The notes: generated by a model from the letters alone, not told the origin. A stretch of DNA of 64,000 nucleotides from Amoebidium appalachense (GCA_963693365.1 CAVNZM010000013.1:2319817-2383816), one strand, 5' to 3'. Shown: positions 32,004 through 47,159, counted from the stretch's first letter. Numbers and translations are program-made.

Positions 32004-32771
32004 CACACACACACACACACACCTGCACACACACACACAATTACACCCCCCTCCCCCCCCCTCCCACACACACACACACGTACACACACAGGTGCTGATC
32101 GCACTAGGCATCACCTGCGTTGTGACGCTGTCTCTCAGCCTGTTTGCGTGCCAGACCAAGTATGACTTTACGGGCATGGCCGTGTATCTGTGGGCTGCAT
32201 GCTGGGTGCTGATGTCCTTCGGCATCCTCTCGCTGTTCTTCCACAACAGGGTAGGACATCTTTTCCCTCATATAAAACTGACTAAGAGGTGTACCTAAAA
32301 ACAGGGGGGGGAAACCAAAACCGTTATATCTCCACATATGATGTCTATCTGAACCGTTATATGTCCACTTAATATTTGTATGATGTAAGTGTAACATCGA
32401 GTTGTACTTGGATATGTTGTTTGGTGGTAGTGCTGTTGGCCTTGGTGCCGACAACTCATCACAGCTCACCTACATGTCGTTAATAACAGCACATCCCCCC
32501 CAAATATAATGTGCTGTGATCCAGGCTTTGGATGCTCTGTTTTGTTCTTTGTGCTGCAACCTAGGATATATCATTTAGCCCCCTTCACTCACCCTGCGCC
32601 TGTTTCGTTCCAAGCCCACGCTTCCCGAGACGTTTATACTAGCCCCTCCCCCCCCCCCCTGTCCCGGGGCTGCCGCTTTGCATTGTTCGTGCACGTGCCT
32701 GCCCTACAAACGTCGAGCTCCTTACAGAGTGCGGCCATGGACTGACCCTCTTCGTCTTCACAACACACACG

Positions 32772-32834
<63 letters not shown>

Positions 32835-33596
32835 GCGCGCGCGCAGATTGTTAACATGGTCTACTCTGCCTGTGGGGCGCTGCTCTTTGTGATGTATCTG
32901 ATCGTGGACACCCAGATGATTATGGGCGGCAAGGGCACGGAGATGTCTCCCGAGGAATACGTCTTTGTAATGCAGCCCCCCCCCCCCCCCCCCCCCCCCC
33001 CCCTTCCCCGTGAATGCTGGCTGGCCGCCAGGGGCTTACCCACTCGTTCGAACACGTTAAAGTTCCACCCGGTCAGGTGCACTGCCCCCCAATGGCATGG
33101 GTCAAACCTTATTGGTTTATTACGTGGGGTAAACCTCTAATAAAACAATAGTGGCCAGGTAAAGTTCCCCCTCTATTTCTCTCTGTCTCCATGTCCCCCC
33201 CTCCCCCCTTTTCCCCTCCCGCCCCTCTCCCCTCCCCCCCCCCCCCCCCCCTCCCCCCTCTGCACCCTCCCCCCCCCCCCCCCCCCCCCCCCCTCCCCTC
33301 CCTCCCCTTCTCCATAGATTAGGGAATCGGGGAGCTTTGTAGAAGCCCGGCTTATGCTCTACTTCTCTGTTTGTTTTCTTTGGTTTTTTCTACTTGCAGT
33401 TTTTGTAGACTCTGTTTTCTTAGATTGCTTCTCCTTGAACAACCCTGCTCGTCTTTGGCCAAGACGGGTGGACTCGCCTATTGCTGTTGAAACAAAGTAT
33501 GGGTTGGGAACCACACGCGAGAGGTTAAAGAGTCGAAACCCATGCTTTTGTGGAGGCATAGGAACCCCCCTGATGATGGGCTCTGTTCAAGTGTCT

Positions 33597-33702
33597 TCTG
33601 CCTGCACGCTTAAATTGTTTGATTTTGGATTTCCCACGTTTGTGACGTTTTGTTGTTGCTCTTTGTTGTCTCCTCCATATTTCCAACCCTCTAACGCATA
33701 CA

Positions 33703-33703
<1 letters not shown>
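33597..33703 (+). repeat. Dispersed ~107-bp intronic repeat, copy A
   Basis: Closely matches 54900-55006; both copies run into a poly-C tract. Confidence 0.85.
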
Positions 33704-33767
<64 letters not shown>

Positions 33768-34244
33768 ACACACACCACCACCACCACCCTCGCCCCCTCA
33801 CAACACACACACATACCTACCCCCCTCCTCCCCGCCTACATCCCTCCCTCCCCCCTCCCCCGCCTCTATATCCGCCTCAACCCCCCCTCCCCCCCCCCCA
33901 TTTACACAAACAAAAATTATCCCCCCCCCCCACCCACAACAACAACACATGCATGCATGAAGGGGGAAAGGGAAGAGGGGGGAGGGGGGGGGGGGGGAGA
34001 AGGGGGGAGGGGAGAGGGGGGAGTGGGGGGAATCTGTCCACACACGCCTGCACGAGCACCCCACACACCCGGGCAATGCTTGTAATTGCAACAGTGGCAC
34101 CCAACTTTTCCGCATTCTCTTTTCTTTCTTGGTCAGATGTACCATAAAGGATGGGTTAGAGGGGCAACAGGGCACTAGGGTTCCATTGTGGCTGCAACCG
34201 TCCAGCCGTCCAGTAAATGCTCTTGCACATGTTTGCACGTGTGC

Positions 34245-34301
<57 letters not shown>

Positions 34302-35031
34302 GTACACACACATACATACATGAAACGCGACGATGAAACATGGAGAGAGAGAGGGAGGGAGGGGGAGAGAGAGCGAGAGAGAAAGGGAGAGGAGTCGACG
34401 CACACACACATGCTGACTTTGTACTCTACAGGGCGCACTGACACTGTTTCTGGACATCATCAATCTGTTCCTTATGATCCTTCAGTTCATTGCAAATCTC
34501 AACAGGAACTAGAAAATGGTGGTGAAAGCGTAGGGGGTTAGTAGGGCTTTGAATTAGGTGTTTTTTGCATGTAAGTAGTGTATTAGGCACTGGCATGATC
34601 AGGTGGATATAGGCACTGATGTATGTGAGGGTAGAATGGTACTTCTCTATATAATTAGAGTAGGATGGATGGGTACGGGGTTAAATTTGGATACCAGATA
34701 TCCGCAATGTGTTGCTTGGAATGATCAGGGTAAAGATGTGTGCATATGGTTTAGGATTAGGTGGGCACAGCTGTAAGAATATGTATGGAGTTTTCGTCTG
34801 AGTCACAATAGACCAGCAATGTGTGGTTATTAATATTGACAGTTATACATAAACTAAACGATAAAAAAGATGGAATATACGTGTTAAAAATTGCTGTGTC
34901 GAAGGTCAAGTTATAATTTTTGGAGCTAACAGGTGTTTCACGTTTTCACGTGTGAATCTGATGGCTAAGACTGCCACTGAAACTACCGCAACAGTTACTG
35001 TGTTAATCCCTTAAACTAGCTTGTTATTCAG

Positions 35032-35067
<36 letters not shown>

Positions 35068-35442
35068 AGCCACAGGCACACACACACATGCATAGCACAC
35101 GGAGACCTGAGGCACACCATAAAGGACATTTATGCGCTCAACTCACACGCTTCACAGTGCAAGCATTTGCACATACATGCAGCTAGATGCACGTGTGCAC
35201 TTTGACATACACCCGCGAACACACGGACGCGTGCCTGCGCACACGCACGCGTGCTTTCAGGTGTGACATACATACACACACACGCACAATGTGTATGCCT
35301 GGTATGCAAGCATACACACACGTGGCCCACGTACATAAACACTGACATTGCAAGGCCTTCTAAACAGGAAATCTATTTAGGAGGCCTTGACTGACATACA
35401 CACACACACACATGGGGGGAGGGGGGAGAGAGAGAAAGAGAC

Positions 35443-35483
<41 letters not shown>

Positions 35484-35862
35484 GGGAGAGGGAACCACAC
35501 ACGGACAAATGTGAAAAGGATTGTGCGCCATCCCCCCCCCCCCCCCCTTCCCTTCCATCCACACCCCTCCCAGCTGCAGCCCAGCAACAACAGATGTGGC
35601 CATGGCCATGGCAATGCATGGCACCATCAAATAAATTTGTACAAACCGTACGCAATTGTGATTGGGGCTAATCATGGTTGTTTCGTATTATGTAGTGCTC
35701 AGACAAACCAACAACAACAAAGGCAAACACCTGGTATCAAGCCAGGACGTTCAGAGGCCAATTGCAAGGGCAGGTCGAGGCAGGCAGCATAGGGTGAATG
35801 GGATCAGAAGGGGTTTAAGTGGGTTCATTTTCAATGCACATGTCATTTCAAACCCTTTTTTT

Positions 35863-35893
<31 letters not shown>

Positions 35894-35921
35894 GGAGGGG
35901 GAGGAGGGGGGGAGAGAGAGA

Positions 35922-35958
<37 letters not shown>

Positions 35959-36527
35959 CCCGATGTAAGCCTTCGAAACCGACATGTATGCACAGACATA
36001 TCATGTCTTTTATTCCCCCCCCCCCCCCCCCGCCGCCCCCCCCCCCTCTTCCCCCCCTTCCCGGGAGCCCGGGGGACCCAAAACCTCAAACCCCAGCCCC
36101 TCCTATGACCCATCACCACCGCCAACATGTACAGCAACAGCAAACACACCACGTGACCACTGCAAGCAGCTTGATCACTCACGCCGTGCACAAACCAAAG
36201 CAATCTTCACATTACTTGTCTTTTCTTGGCGGCCGCCTGGGGCCTTTCATATTCGGTTGAACTTTGCCTACGGTAGCAGGTTTATGTCTCAAATGCGTTG
36301 ACCAACACTAACACTTTGGGTATATGTGACCGAAGTTTGAGCATGATAAACATCAATTGTGTTGATACTATCTAAATCCAACATTAAAAGCATTGCACAT
36401 CATGCCTTACAGCTTATGAAACGTGTCATACGCTGCCCCACCGCACTACGGCTCCTCTGAATCATTTCGAGCTCACTGCCTCACCTGGTCCAAAAGTTGA
36501 AAGAAAATAGTATACATAATGATATAC

Positions 36528-36569
<42 letters not shown>

Positions 36570-36672
36570 TTCGAAGGAAGCTTCTTAAGGTGAAGGGTGG
36601 GGGGAAAGGGAGGGTGGTGGTGGTGTTGGTGGTGGTCTGTGTGTGTGTGCAGTGTGTGTGTGTTGGGGGAGA

Positions 36673-36703
<31 letters not shown>

Positions 36704-36725
36704 TGCACATGTAACTTTTAGTAAA

Positions 36726-37710
36726 CTACTCGTCATGAAGCAACTCCACGCTGGTGCCCACAGTGGCAGGCATCACAGCCACCCTATACTGCTGGCCAGT
36801 AGAAACAGTGAATGCCGTGCCATGGTCAGCCCCGTCGACTGCAAAAGACACCTTCCCGTCGCCGTGCAGGCGAATGCAAACCGTCGCACCAATGGGCAAT
36901 GCACTGCCGAGGTACGTAAAATCAGTACCCCATGGACCACTGTCTTGACTATACAGGAATCCGTCGGTTGTGTACAGGTACCAGCCACACGTGGTGTATG
37001 GGACAGTCCCAGCTGCAGTAAGTATTGATGGTGAGGGAGCAGGTCCAATCATCGTATCGTTGCCATCTATACTATGGCTGAGGTGCACGTGTACGTGATG
37101 CGAACCTCCGAGCAACTTGTGAGGGTGGAGGGCCAAGCCAACTCAGGGCCTACAACCGTGGTGAAGGAGCCGTCATCGGTGGTTTTGGTGGCTGTGCGAC
37201 AGTCATCTGAGAGGGTGAAGGACGGGTGGGCCAGGAATCTGAGCTCTCCGTTGATGCCAACGTTCAAGTTGTCCTTGGGGTCTAGTTCTTCCATCAGCCC
37301 CTCCAAACGATAAAACTCTGCCTCGGTGTTAAGAAGCTTCTTTTCCATCGGTGTGAGTAGGTCAACAGGTATTTCTTGCCCCCCCAGATGGTCCGCAACA
37401 TAGTGAAACACCACCGGGCTCCTGTTGATGAAAAATGCGCCGTTCTTGTCATTTTTTGCATCCCACCGGCCAGAAAACTTGGCGGGAAAGTAGGAGCCCG
37501 GTTTGCTGGTCAAGTCATTGAGGGTGAGGGCGAAATGGGTGCCCCCAACGTTGAAGGTGATGGGGTCTTGCAGGTTGCTGGTGTCGAGTTTATGCACCAT
37601 GTTGGCTCACTGCGCCTTTTCCTCCTCCAGCGCACGTTTTTCTTGTGCAAAGTTGGCCAAAGTGTCTCGAAGTAGGCTGTGGCAGTTTTCAGTTCGTCGT
37701 TGAGTGCCAT
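36726..37710 (-). pseudogene. Intronless KCTD-type BTB/POZ protein with a C-terminal SPRY/NHR-like beta domain, disrupted
   Basis: ATG at 37710 (MALNDELK); frameshift near 37660; in-frame TGA in EEEKAQ*ANMVHKL; BTB motifs ITFNVGGTHF, FFINRSPVVFHYVADHL and EAEFYRL; second frameshift at ~37070-37136 before MIGPAP..GWYLY..VSFAVDG. Confidence 0.8.
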
Positions 37711-38078
37711 GTTTACCTTGTGGTGTGGGCACTGAAATTGTAGATGCTCTCCACACAAAATGATAATACTGCTATAGCTCTTCTTGTATGTGCAGACGTA
37801 GGTCTTGAAGGAGTAGTTTCAAATGCCACTAACGAAACAGTGAGGAGCGAAGATAGGTTTAAACTTTGTTGTGTCAAAGGAACAAAGCGCGCGATGCAAA
37901 CTGAGCAGATTAGACAGCTGCTCGAAGGTTTTCATGCATATGACACACATGTCGTATCATCTTCAATACGTACCCAAAGAAATAGCGCTATCTATGCCAG
38001 AGCTAGTCGACTGCTGGGCTCAGAAGAAGCACCGCAGCACGAGAACTCGTAGAACGTCTGACGAGAAAACATGCATGG

Positions 38079-38172
38079 GGGGTTTAACCACTTTTTATTG
38101 CGTGAGGCCCAGCCACATTCGACGGCCTACTGCGTTTTCCCGCACAGCCGATCAAATGCAGCCAGTGACATA
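38079..38172 (-). repeat. Dispersed ~95-110-bp module, homologous to 27099-27209
   Basis: The reverse complement TATGTCACTGGCTGCATTTGATCGGCTGTGC..GGCCGTCGAATGTGGCTGGGCCTC..GCAATAAAAAGTG matches 27101-27208. Confidence 0.85.
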
Positions 38173-39229
38173 CGTACATGCTAGGCAACAATGAGCGCCA
38201 TCGTAGTATCTGACACCCCAATTACATATTATGGTAGCTCCGAAAGAAAGTTAAGGCACCGGATCACAATATCATACTGTGCAGCATTAATAACTTAGAT
38301 CTAGGATAGTCATCTTAAAACGGATATATTGAGGAAGAGAGGAAGAAAAGAGGGCCCGGGTACCATATCAGGAGCGGGCAATTTTTGAATTCTCCCTCCC
38401 CGGCCCCGCCGGGGAAAATTTGAGGTTTTTGGACCTCAAAGAAGTCAAATCCTGCAAAATCCACTACCGGGAGGCCAAAAAGGGTGATTTTACAAAAAAG
38501 GAGGGACATACATGAAAAAGAGAAAATGGGCGAGTTCAGTGGGCTGCCGATAAGTATATTTCGTGCTGGGCCGGTATACATGCTGCCGTGGTTGTTGCTG
38601 TAGACGGCAGTATGGCATCGCATGTGTCACGTGACCTGCACGTGAATGCGACCATGTGCAGGCACTGAGTCTAGGGGGATTTGTATGTGTGTTTTGGAGC
38701 ACCGACAAGGCAGAGCCAGGGTGAGGGATGTGTAAACATGGAGTTTAGGGAGATCGTGCTGCTATTGTAACATGTGCACAAAACAGCCACGTGCACCGGC
38801 ACACTCCGGTGTACAGAACAATAATATGCACATGCGTCACTGTAATATCATGTATGCGCATGCCGCACAAGGTTTAGGAGACCACCACAGTATATACTAT
38901 TTTCTTTTGGTTGATATCCATGTAGGAATGGTGTGTTGCAGTTGTCATGATCAGCCTGAGGCAGGCACGTGCACTCACTGAATCACTAGAACTCATGAAT
39001 AAAAAATACATTCGCTAAAAACGGCAAGGTAAATTTGGGGCCAAGCTATTATTTCCCCCTTTTAAACGTTTTTTTAGCTCCAAGAACTTCGACGCCAAAA
39101 TTTCTATATTTGGCCATCGTATATGATAATGAACACGTGTACTTAAATTAAAGTAGTTATATAAATATGAGCGGCCCGTTACAAATACAGTGACGAAAAA
39201 CAGTGACCCACGAGCAGTTTTTCTTTCTA

Positions 39230-39308
<79 letters not shown>

Positions 39309-40623
39309 AGACACACACACCACCACCACGGTGACCACCACCACCACCACCACCACCACTCACCCCTTAAAAAAACCACACACATACGTGCACGTGTACA
39401 CACACACACAGAACACCACCACCACCTCCACTGGACCCCATTTCCTCGTTGTTTTCTTAAGCCTTCAGACCAGTCCTGCACACTGGAGTTAAACAATTGA
39501 ATTCACCTAGGCTGACATGCATCCACCCCCGCCTTCCACTTCCCTCCCCCCACCCCCACCCCCCCACCCCCCACCCCCACCCCCTCCCCCTCGATGAAGA
39601 AGGGCCCCCGTAAGCCTTGGGGGGGGGGGGAGGGGGGGGGAAGGGGGGAAGGGGGAGCTCTTGAGCCTCCGGGTAGGGAAGTGGGGTCCGGGGATCCGGA
39701 GAGGGAGGGGGGGGGGGGGGGGGGGGGGAAGGGGGCATATAATATTGGGCCTAGATATCATAGTATGGGGCCCCGGGGGAGGGAGAGGTGGGGGGGGGAG
39801 GGGGGAGGATCCACGGGAAAGACCTTTAGGTGCATGTTCTTATTTATACCCCCTTCGAATCATCCCCCCTCTCCCCCCCCCCCCTCCCCCCCCTGAGTGC
39901 AGGCCGTGACGTAGCTACGATAACCCTGCAGAAGGCAACAAAAATGTATTAATTACTAGCACTATACATGTGTTCATAGTGCAGCTTGCACCACGTATGA
40001 TCTCAGCAACTTTAAAGTAGTCACAAAGTTTAGTTATTTTCATTATTTTCATTGCTCTGAACTCTATTACTCTGAAATGATCACCGTGCATGTGCCGCAA
40101 GATAACAACCCTATATGTGTGCAGCTGCTGCCTGCAGGTTAGACTCGCTGAAAAGACAATTGTCAGTGTGCATCCGACGCTTGCAGCTGCAGCTAGCCTC
40201 TGCAACATTAATACTTGCCAAGTGAATGCTCTTACACTTGATCATCATTCACTCAAAAAACCGAGGACCGACAGATTAAATATTAATGTCGATCCGAATG
40301 ATCAGCAAGTGTCTATGCGTACTACTATATATACACACACGTAAAATGCGAAGCTATCAGTTACAAGGCACACCTGCTGCACTGGCACACATACACATAC
40401 ACACCGGCAGATCGATGCTGTCAAAATTTACTTTCATGTACTTCGTAGGTCCGACACAGGTGCACATGAACACGTACATATGTACAAGCCGCGCACACAC
40501 CACACCACACATACACACACACACACACACACTCACACACACACACGCACACACGCACACACGCACACACGCACACACGCACGCACGCACGCACACACAC
40601 ACACACACGCACGCACGCGCGCG

Positions 40624-40729
<106 letters not shown>

Positions 40730-41054
40730 GACACACACACACACACACACATCACTGGGTGCGCTCGCTGGGGATTAGTTTTTTGGCACGCTGTTGACTT
40801 TATCGTGTGTTTATTATTTGCTATTTATTGGCCAGCGGCCAACATTTAAAAATATACTATATACCTAAAAATAGATACTGACTACGGCCAGCAGACATTA
40901 TACACCTTCCAGGACACATTAACACCAATAGTCTAACACACCATACTCTCGATCACAAAGAATTCCTAACAAACAGAGAAAAGTGCAAAGGCTCTGTACT
41001 ATTACTCAGATTCTAAATTTTAATTCTTTACAGTAAACTTCGGAATGAAAGCTA

Positions 41055-41087
<33 letters not shown>

Positions 41088-41174
41088 CCCCCTAACATGA
41101 CTGTACGAAGAACAGGTATAACTTGAAGCACTACAACACATATGAGATCCGTTACATTGGTGTACATTCCAATA

Positions 41175-42824
41175 TTAGACACTAGTTTGGCTACTCTGAC
41201 TACTCTGAGATCCTGATTGGCTGCCTGCAGACTTGCGGCCACGATTACTTTGCTTTCGATCGTGCCATTGCAGCTGCGTCTCTCCAGCAGGTGGCAACGC
41301 CAGGCCCAGCACAGCAGATGCACGAGAAGGGGGTGGGAACTGCCCACCAGCCGAGGGCTGGCCCACATGGCCCAAGTAAGGATGGGGACCGTGCTGCGGC
41401 AGTAGCCCAGGCATGGGGAAGGCAGGGCCGGGCTGAGGCGGCATGATGCCCCACGGTGGGGGCCAGCCATGTGGGTGGTGCGGGCCTGGATGGGGTGCAG
41501 GGGGCATGTGCGGCACATGGCCCTGCTGCATGTCAAGCGCGGGTGCTGGTGGCATGGCATCCTGATTGGCTGCAACCCAACGTGGGCAGCTCTTGGCCCG
41601 ATTGGAGCCGAGGCAGCCCTTGCCCTGGCGGCCACACGTCTTGCAGGTCTTGGGGGCTCTCTGGGGTGGCTGCATAGGAGGGGGCACCGGCAAATCCATC
41701 TGCAGGGGCCCCTCAGGGCCAATGTTGCGATGCTTTTTGCCCACTAGCATGGGCAAGGGCCGCTCACGCTGCGCCCCTGCATCGACACCGTCTGGAACAG
41801 GGAGGGGTGGCAAGGGGGCAGGCCGTATGGTTGCTGGCACAGCGTCTGCCCTCTCCTCGCGCATACGCTTGCGGTGATCTGCCAGGCCCTCGTGTGTGGA
41901 GCGCTGTGCATGTGCCGTCTGCCAGGTCTTCCACTTGTCGAAATGCTTCTTGATGTAGGCCGCATCCTTCATGTAGATTCCCCCAGCCACAGAGGCAGCC
42001 TTGTTGAAGTCTTGGGCCAAAGCCTCGAACAGCTGGCCGTTGGGCTTTGCATGTGCCTTGTAGGTGCCCAGGAGCAGCGTGCTGAATAGCTTGCGCTCCT
42101 GAGGGGTAAGCACCGGAAGGAAGGGGATGGCCACATGTTGCTTCTGCGCCAGGAACTTGTAGTCGCCCCTCAGTGCAGGGTCCGGCTGTGGTGCACCACG
42201 CGCCACCTGGTTGCCCCCCCCCATGGCAGCACCGTCACCCTCCTCGACCTCACAGTCCTCTGGCCCGCCCATCACGCCATTGGCTGCAGGCTCGATGTTA
42301 TCAGACGGAGGTGGGGGTGCGGGCACCGCAACTGGCTCCTGCGCCGGGGCATTGGCCACACAGGAGAGCGGGGCAAAGTTGAAGTACTCCTCCGGTAGCT
42401 TGTAGCAGCCTACGGGTACCCACTGGGGGTCGAGGTGATGGCCGTACAGCATCAGCGCCAGTGCCTCCATGTCGTCAACAATCCAGGGGCTGTAGTGGGG
42501 GGGCCCCGATGCCTGGCCCAGGCGGTTGCGGTAGTGTGCACGCAGGTTGTGGCGGTGGCGCCTATTGGACATGGTGGCGTCCAGCAGGCGCAGCGACATG
42601 CGTGTGGCCCCAAAGTGGGTGGCCAGGGGGTTGTGCACTGCCCCCTCCACCTCGTTGGTGCCCCGGATGCAGCGGTAGCGCATGAGCCCATCTGCGTCGG
42701 CAGTGGTCTCGTAGTAGAGGGGCAGGCCGGGGGGGGTCCGACAGACAGCCATTTTGGGCGTGTTCGAGCAGCGACTGTGGGGGCACAAGCAAACATCAGA
42801 GAGATGGGTGGGTGGTGGTGGTGG

Positions 42825-42894
<70 letters not shown>

Positions 42895-42966
42895 TGGGGT
42901 TGCTAAGGAAAAAAACGAGCAGGGAAAGGCAAAAAACAACTGGCTAGGCAGCAAGGGCCGTGCGGG

Positions 42967-43030
<64 letters not shown>

Positions 43031-43034
43031 ATGT

Positions 43035-43065
<31 letters not shown>

Positions 43066-43610
43066 AGGGCTAGGGTGTGCGTGTGTGTGCAGATGAACCA
43101 AGGATGACAAATAAGCGAAGAATCTTTTCTGTGGTGGTGGAGTTGTTGGGCGCCTGCAGGGGGGGGGGGGGGGGGGGGGGGGGGGGATGTTGCCTCGAGT
43201 CTTTCAAAGCCATCCTTCTTGAACAGAGGCTTGCCATCCGGTCCGGGCGGCACATCCTTGTAGGTGTTTTTGAACTCCACCAGCCGCGAGACCAGCGTGT
43301 ATGGGTCGGGAATAACCCGCCGGATGCGCTCCATGAAGTAGCTCAGGTCGCCGCCCTTGAGCTCGGTTTCAATGTCGATGCCCTTCTGCTCCAGCACCCC
43401 CTGTGAGGCAGGATGCCAATATTAATTTACTACGCACACTGCAATTTGGGTTTGGTAGACTTTGATACCTGCCGTTATTGTAGGACCCCTCCCCTCCACC
43501 CCCCCCATCTTCTCCCCCAACACAAGTAAAAAATGCATGTGGCTCTTTCCCCCCACAACCCTACATTATTTCTCTCTAGGCATATGAATAACCCCCACTC
43601 TCCTCCCCCC

Positions 43611-43643
<33 letters not shown>

Positions 43644-44679
43644 TTCCCCCCCCTCTCTCTGAGGCTCAGGCTCTCTCTCTTCCCTCAGAAGTTTTGTCGA
43701 AGGTGTGCATGGTTGTGGGTGGAATGGTGAGTGTGTGCTAACGAGTGTATGTGTGTGTGCGCGTCAGTCACGCATGTTGTTGTTGCCGTTTTTTTTATTT
43801 TTATTTTTTATTTTTTATTTTGGGGGGGGGGGGGAGGGGGGGGCACCTTCACATGTCCGTAATCCTCTTCATTCCACACAAATATTGCCTCGCTGAGTGC
43901 GCGTGCGTACTCAGCCCTGCGGGGGTGTGACTTGTACGTGCCGTCCGCCGTGTTTGCAATGGAGTGGAAGGCGTCATTCAGCACAGTCTGCCACACCACC
44001 TCCCCAGGCGGTGCCTGGCCCAACATGCCCTCTCTGGGAGCTGCCTCGGGTCCCCCTGGGGCTGCCTCAAGGCCCCCCGGGGCTGCCTGGGGGTCCTGGG
44101 GGGGTGCCTGTGGGCCGGCAAGGGGTTGCTGCTGCTCGGCAGGGGGAGGGGCTGGGTCAGGGACCACCGGCACCTCGGCACCTGGGTCCGGTGGGGGCTG
44201 AATGGGCCGTAGCCACTGCAGGTGCACCATCAGCTCAAAGGGCGGCGGGCCCAGCTCTCCCAGGGTCTTGCCCTTGTCGGGGCCAAAGGGCACCTGCATG
44301 GCCGGCGACAGCACCTGATCCACCCGCACCACTGCATGCTTCTTGCCCACCTTCATGCCCCCCCAGCGCTCCGGCTGCACAGCCAGCACCACCCCGGTGG
44401 CTGCTGCAGCATGTGGGCCCCGCCGGGGCACAATCTCAACCCCTTCACCGAGTGCCTTTGCATGAAGCCGCGCTGCATGTCATAGAGGGAAGCAAAAAAC
44501 TCAGCCAAAAAGCCACAGCACCAACGTTTTTCTCTTCGCTCCACAAAAATCAAATGCATATTCCTTAGCAACCCCCTTCCCCCCCCCCCCCCCCCCCCCC
44601 CCCCCCCTTCTCCCTCCCCCCCCCCCCCTCTCCCAGTGCCCAGCTTGTGTGGCACTTGCACGTGTTAACAGTGCTATAG

Positions 44680-44714
<35 letters not shown>

Positions 44715-44805
44715 ACCACCACCACCACCACCAATCACCCCCTCCTTTGATAGCCACCCGACACCCAGCATAACACAACTGGAACACTGGCCCATGTGGT
44801 CAGCC

Positions 44806-44840
<35 letters not shown>

Positions 44841-46342
44841 CCCCTCCCCCCCCTCCCCTCTCCTCTGGGGGGCCCAAAATCTTTCTATATCTGGCATAAG
44901 CACATAAGCACTGGGGCAAAAAGCAGGTGGGATACACACCTGACAGGTTTGGCCTATCGACCACGGCCGAGTAGACCTGCAGGGACGCATATGCATCAAG
45001 GGCAGCGTAGGTGGCCTGCACCTCTGATAGCGGCTCGTGCCAGTTGGAGCATCGAACAAGTGCCGGCTTGGGCAGCTTCTTGCCTATGACCTGGGCAGTG
45101 ATGTCGGCCAAGCCCCGGGCCGCAGAGGTGATAGCTGCACGGGCATAGCAGAACCGGCCCAGCTCCAGATAGCTGGCCACAGGGGTGCCGTAGTCCTTGT
45201 TGAGGTGGGCCGAGTCCGTGCCGATCTGCTTGCCCACCTTGATGATGCTGGGGTCCCTAAGCAGCGCAATCAGCTCGTCCACCAGCCGCGCGGGCGGGCT
45301 GTGGTTGGGGCCCATGCGTGCCAAGTGGAAGATGTACACGGCCCGTGCGGTGGCAATCTGCAGCGTGCAAACCTTGGACCGCGCCTGGCCCACCCGATAG
45401 ACCCACTCGCAGTCCAGCCCCACCACGCGGTGCTGCTGCCCCTCCAGGTCGGCACGAATGGCCGCTGTAGCCACCACCGCCCCCTGGCAGTCGGTGTACA
45501 CCGGCTTAGGGTAGTTGGCCGGCAGCTCCAGCCCAGGCAGACCGTCCGTCACGCTTACCAGCGCAGCCTCGTTCAGACGGACGGGGCATTTTGGCCGGGC
45601 TAGGGTTGGAAACATGCGCTCAACAAACGCCCGGTCTTGGCAGCACCGATCTGTGTAGAAGAAGGCCGGGCCCTTGCTGTTGAGCGCCGCCGTGGTGGCA
45701 GAGATGCGCTGGATCACGGGCTCAATCTCCTGGTGGCTGCAGTCCCGTGTAAATACCTGCGCCCGGATCTCTGGGGTGCCGCACTGTGTGAGAGGGCATC
45801 TCCGAGCAGCCATGCATGTTCTAGCTTCCCTTACCACATGGCCCTTCACGAGACTTCAGTGCCCACACAATCCTTTCCCCCTCCCTCCCCCCAAACCCAT
45901 GTGCCCACATACTTTCCCCTCCCTCTCCCCCAAAACCCTTCCCCCTCCTTCCCCCCAAACCCATGTGCCCACATACTTTCCCCAGGCCTCCCTTTCCCCC
46001 AAAATCTTCCCCCCCCCCTCCCCCCTAAACCCATGTACCTACAATCCTTCCCCCTTCCTCCCCCTAAACCCTTGTGATCACAATCCTTTCCCCCTCTCTG
46101 CCTTCCCCCCAAACCCATGTGCCCACGATCCTTCCCCACTCCCCCTCCCCCCAAACCATGGGACAGCCCTCCATATGGCACCTACTGTCCCCCCCCCCCC
46201 CCCCCCCCCCCCACCCCACCCCGGGCCTCTTGCCCTCTCTACCTTCAACCCCGACGGTGGTGTCTCTCCCCCCCCCCCCCCCCCCCCCCCCTGCATCCCT
46301 TGCAATCACTGGCCCCTACTCCCATTCTGCTTGGCAGAAGCT

Positions 46343-46421
<79 letters not shown>

Positions 46422-46654
46422 ATTCCCCGCCAAAAGAAAGCTCCACCCCAGCCCACCCCAATCTCTACCCAGCAAAAACACATACACACATATCTGGAGC
46501 TTCCTAGTTTTTGCTCGACAGGGCAAGAATTGTCCCCAAAACCCACATACTACAAACCTCTACTCACAGTGTGCCACCTCATTAAATGTGGAGCCTAAGA
46601 GATTTAAAGGCCCTAGAGGGGGAGGGGGGGAGGGGGGGAGGGGGGGGCGTGTGT

Positions 46655-46685
<31 letters not shown>

Positions 46686-47118
46686 GGTGGGCGTGTGTGG
46701 GGGGGGGGGGGAGGGGGGAAGGGGGCCTGGGGGAGAGTGGGGGGAGGGGGGAGAAGAGGAGGGACCACACACCGCCAAGCTCGTTTACACAAGTCCATAG
46801 GCCTCGGTACAGAGGCTCCCCATTGATGCCGGTGAGCTTCCCAATTTGGAAGGTGTGGTCGGCCTTGAGCACGTTGTTTACGGGCTTGAGCTGCGTGTCC
46901 AGGCTCTGGTACTTTGCCGTGCGGTCGCTGAACTCAGTATACACGGCACTCAGGTATTTGCCTGAACCCCAAGTACTGTTAGAACTCCACCACCCTCCCA
47001 TCAGGACCATCCCCCCCATTCCCTCTAGTCCCTCGTGTTCATCTCACCTCTCTGTATTTTCGTAAGTCTGTATGGCTTTTCCCATCTCAAAAACGCTACA
47101 CACCCATCTCCGGCCGTT

Positions 47119-47159
<41 letters not shown>

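Noticed and set aside
37607-37612. Stop-codon reassignment or readthrough suggested by the in-frame TGA in the BTB gene and the TAG near 16670
   Set aside because: The BTB gene also has frameshifts; intact genes end normally in TAG and use TGG for Trp; the TAG may be a splice acceptor.
38340-39910. MITE-like fragments between the BTB pseudogene and the transposase
   Set aside because: Composition is suggestive, but no matching TIR pair or TSD could be established.
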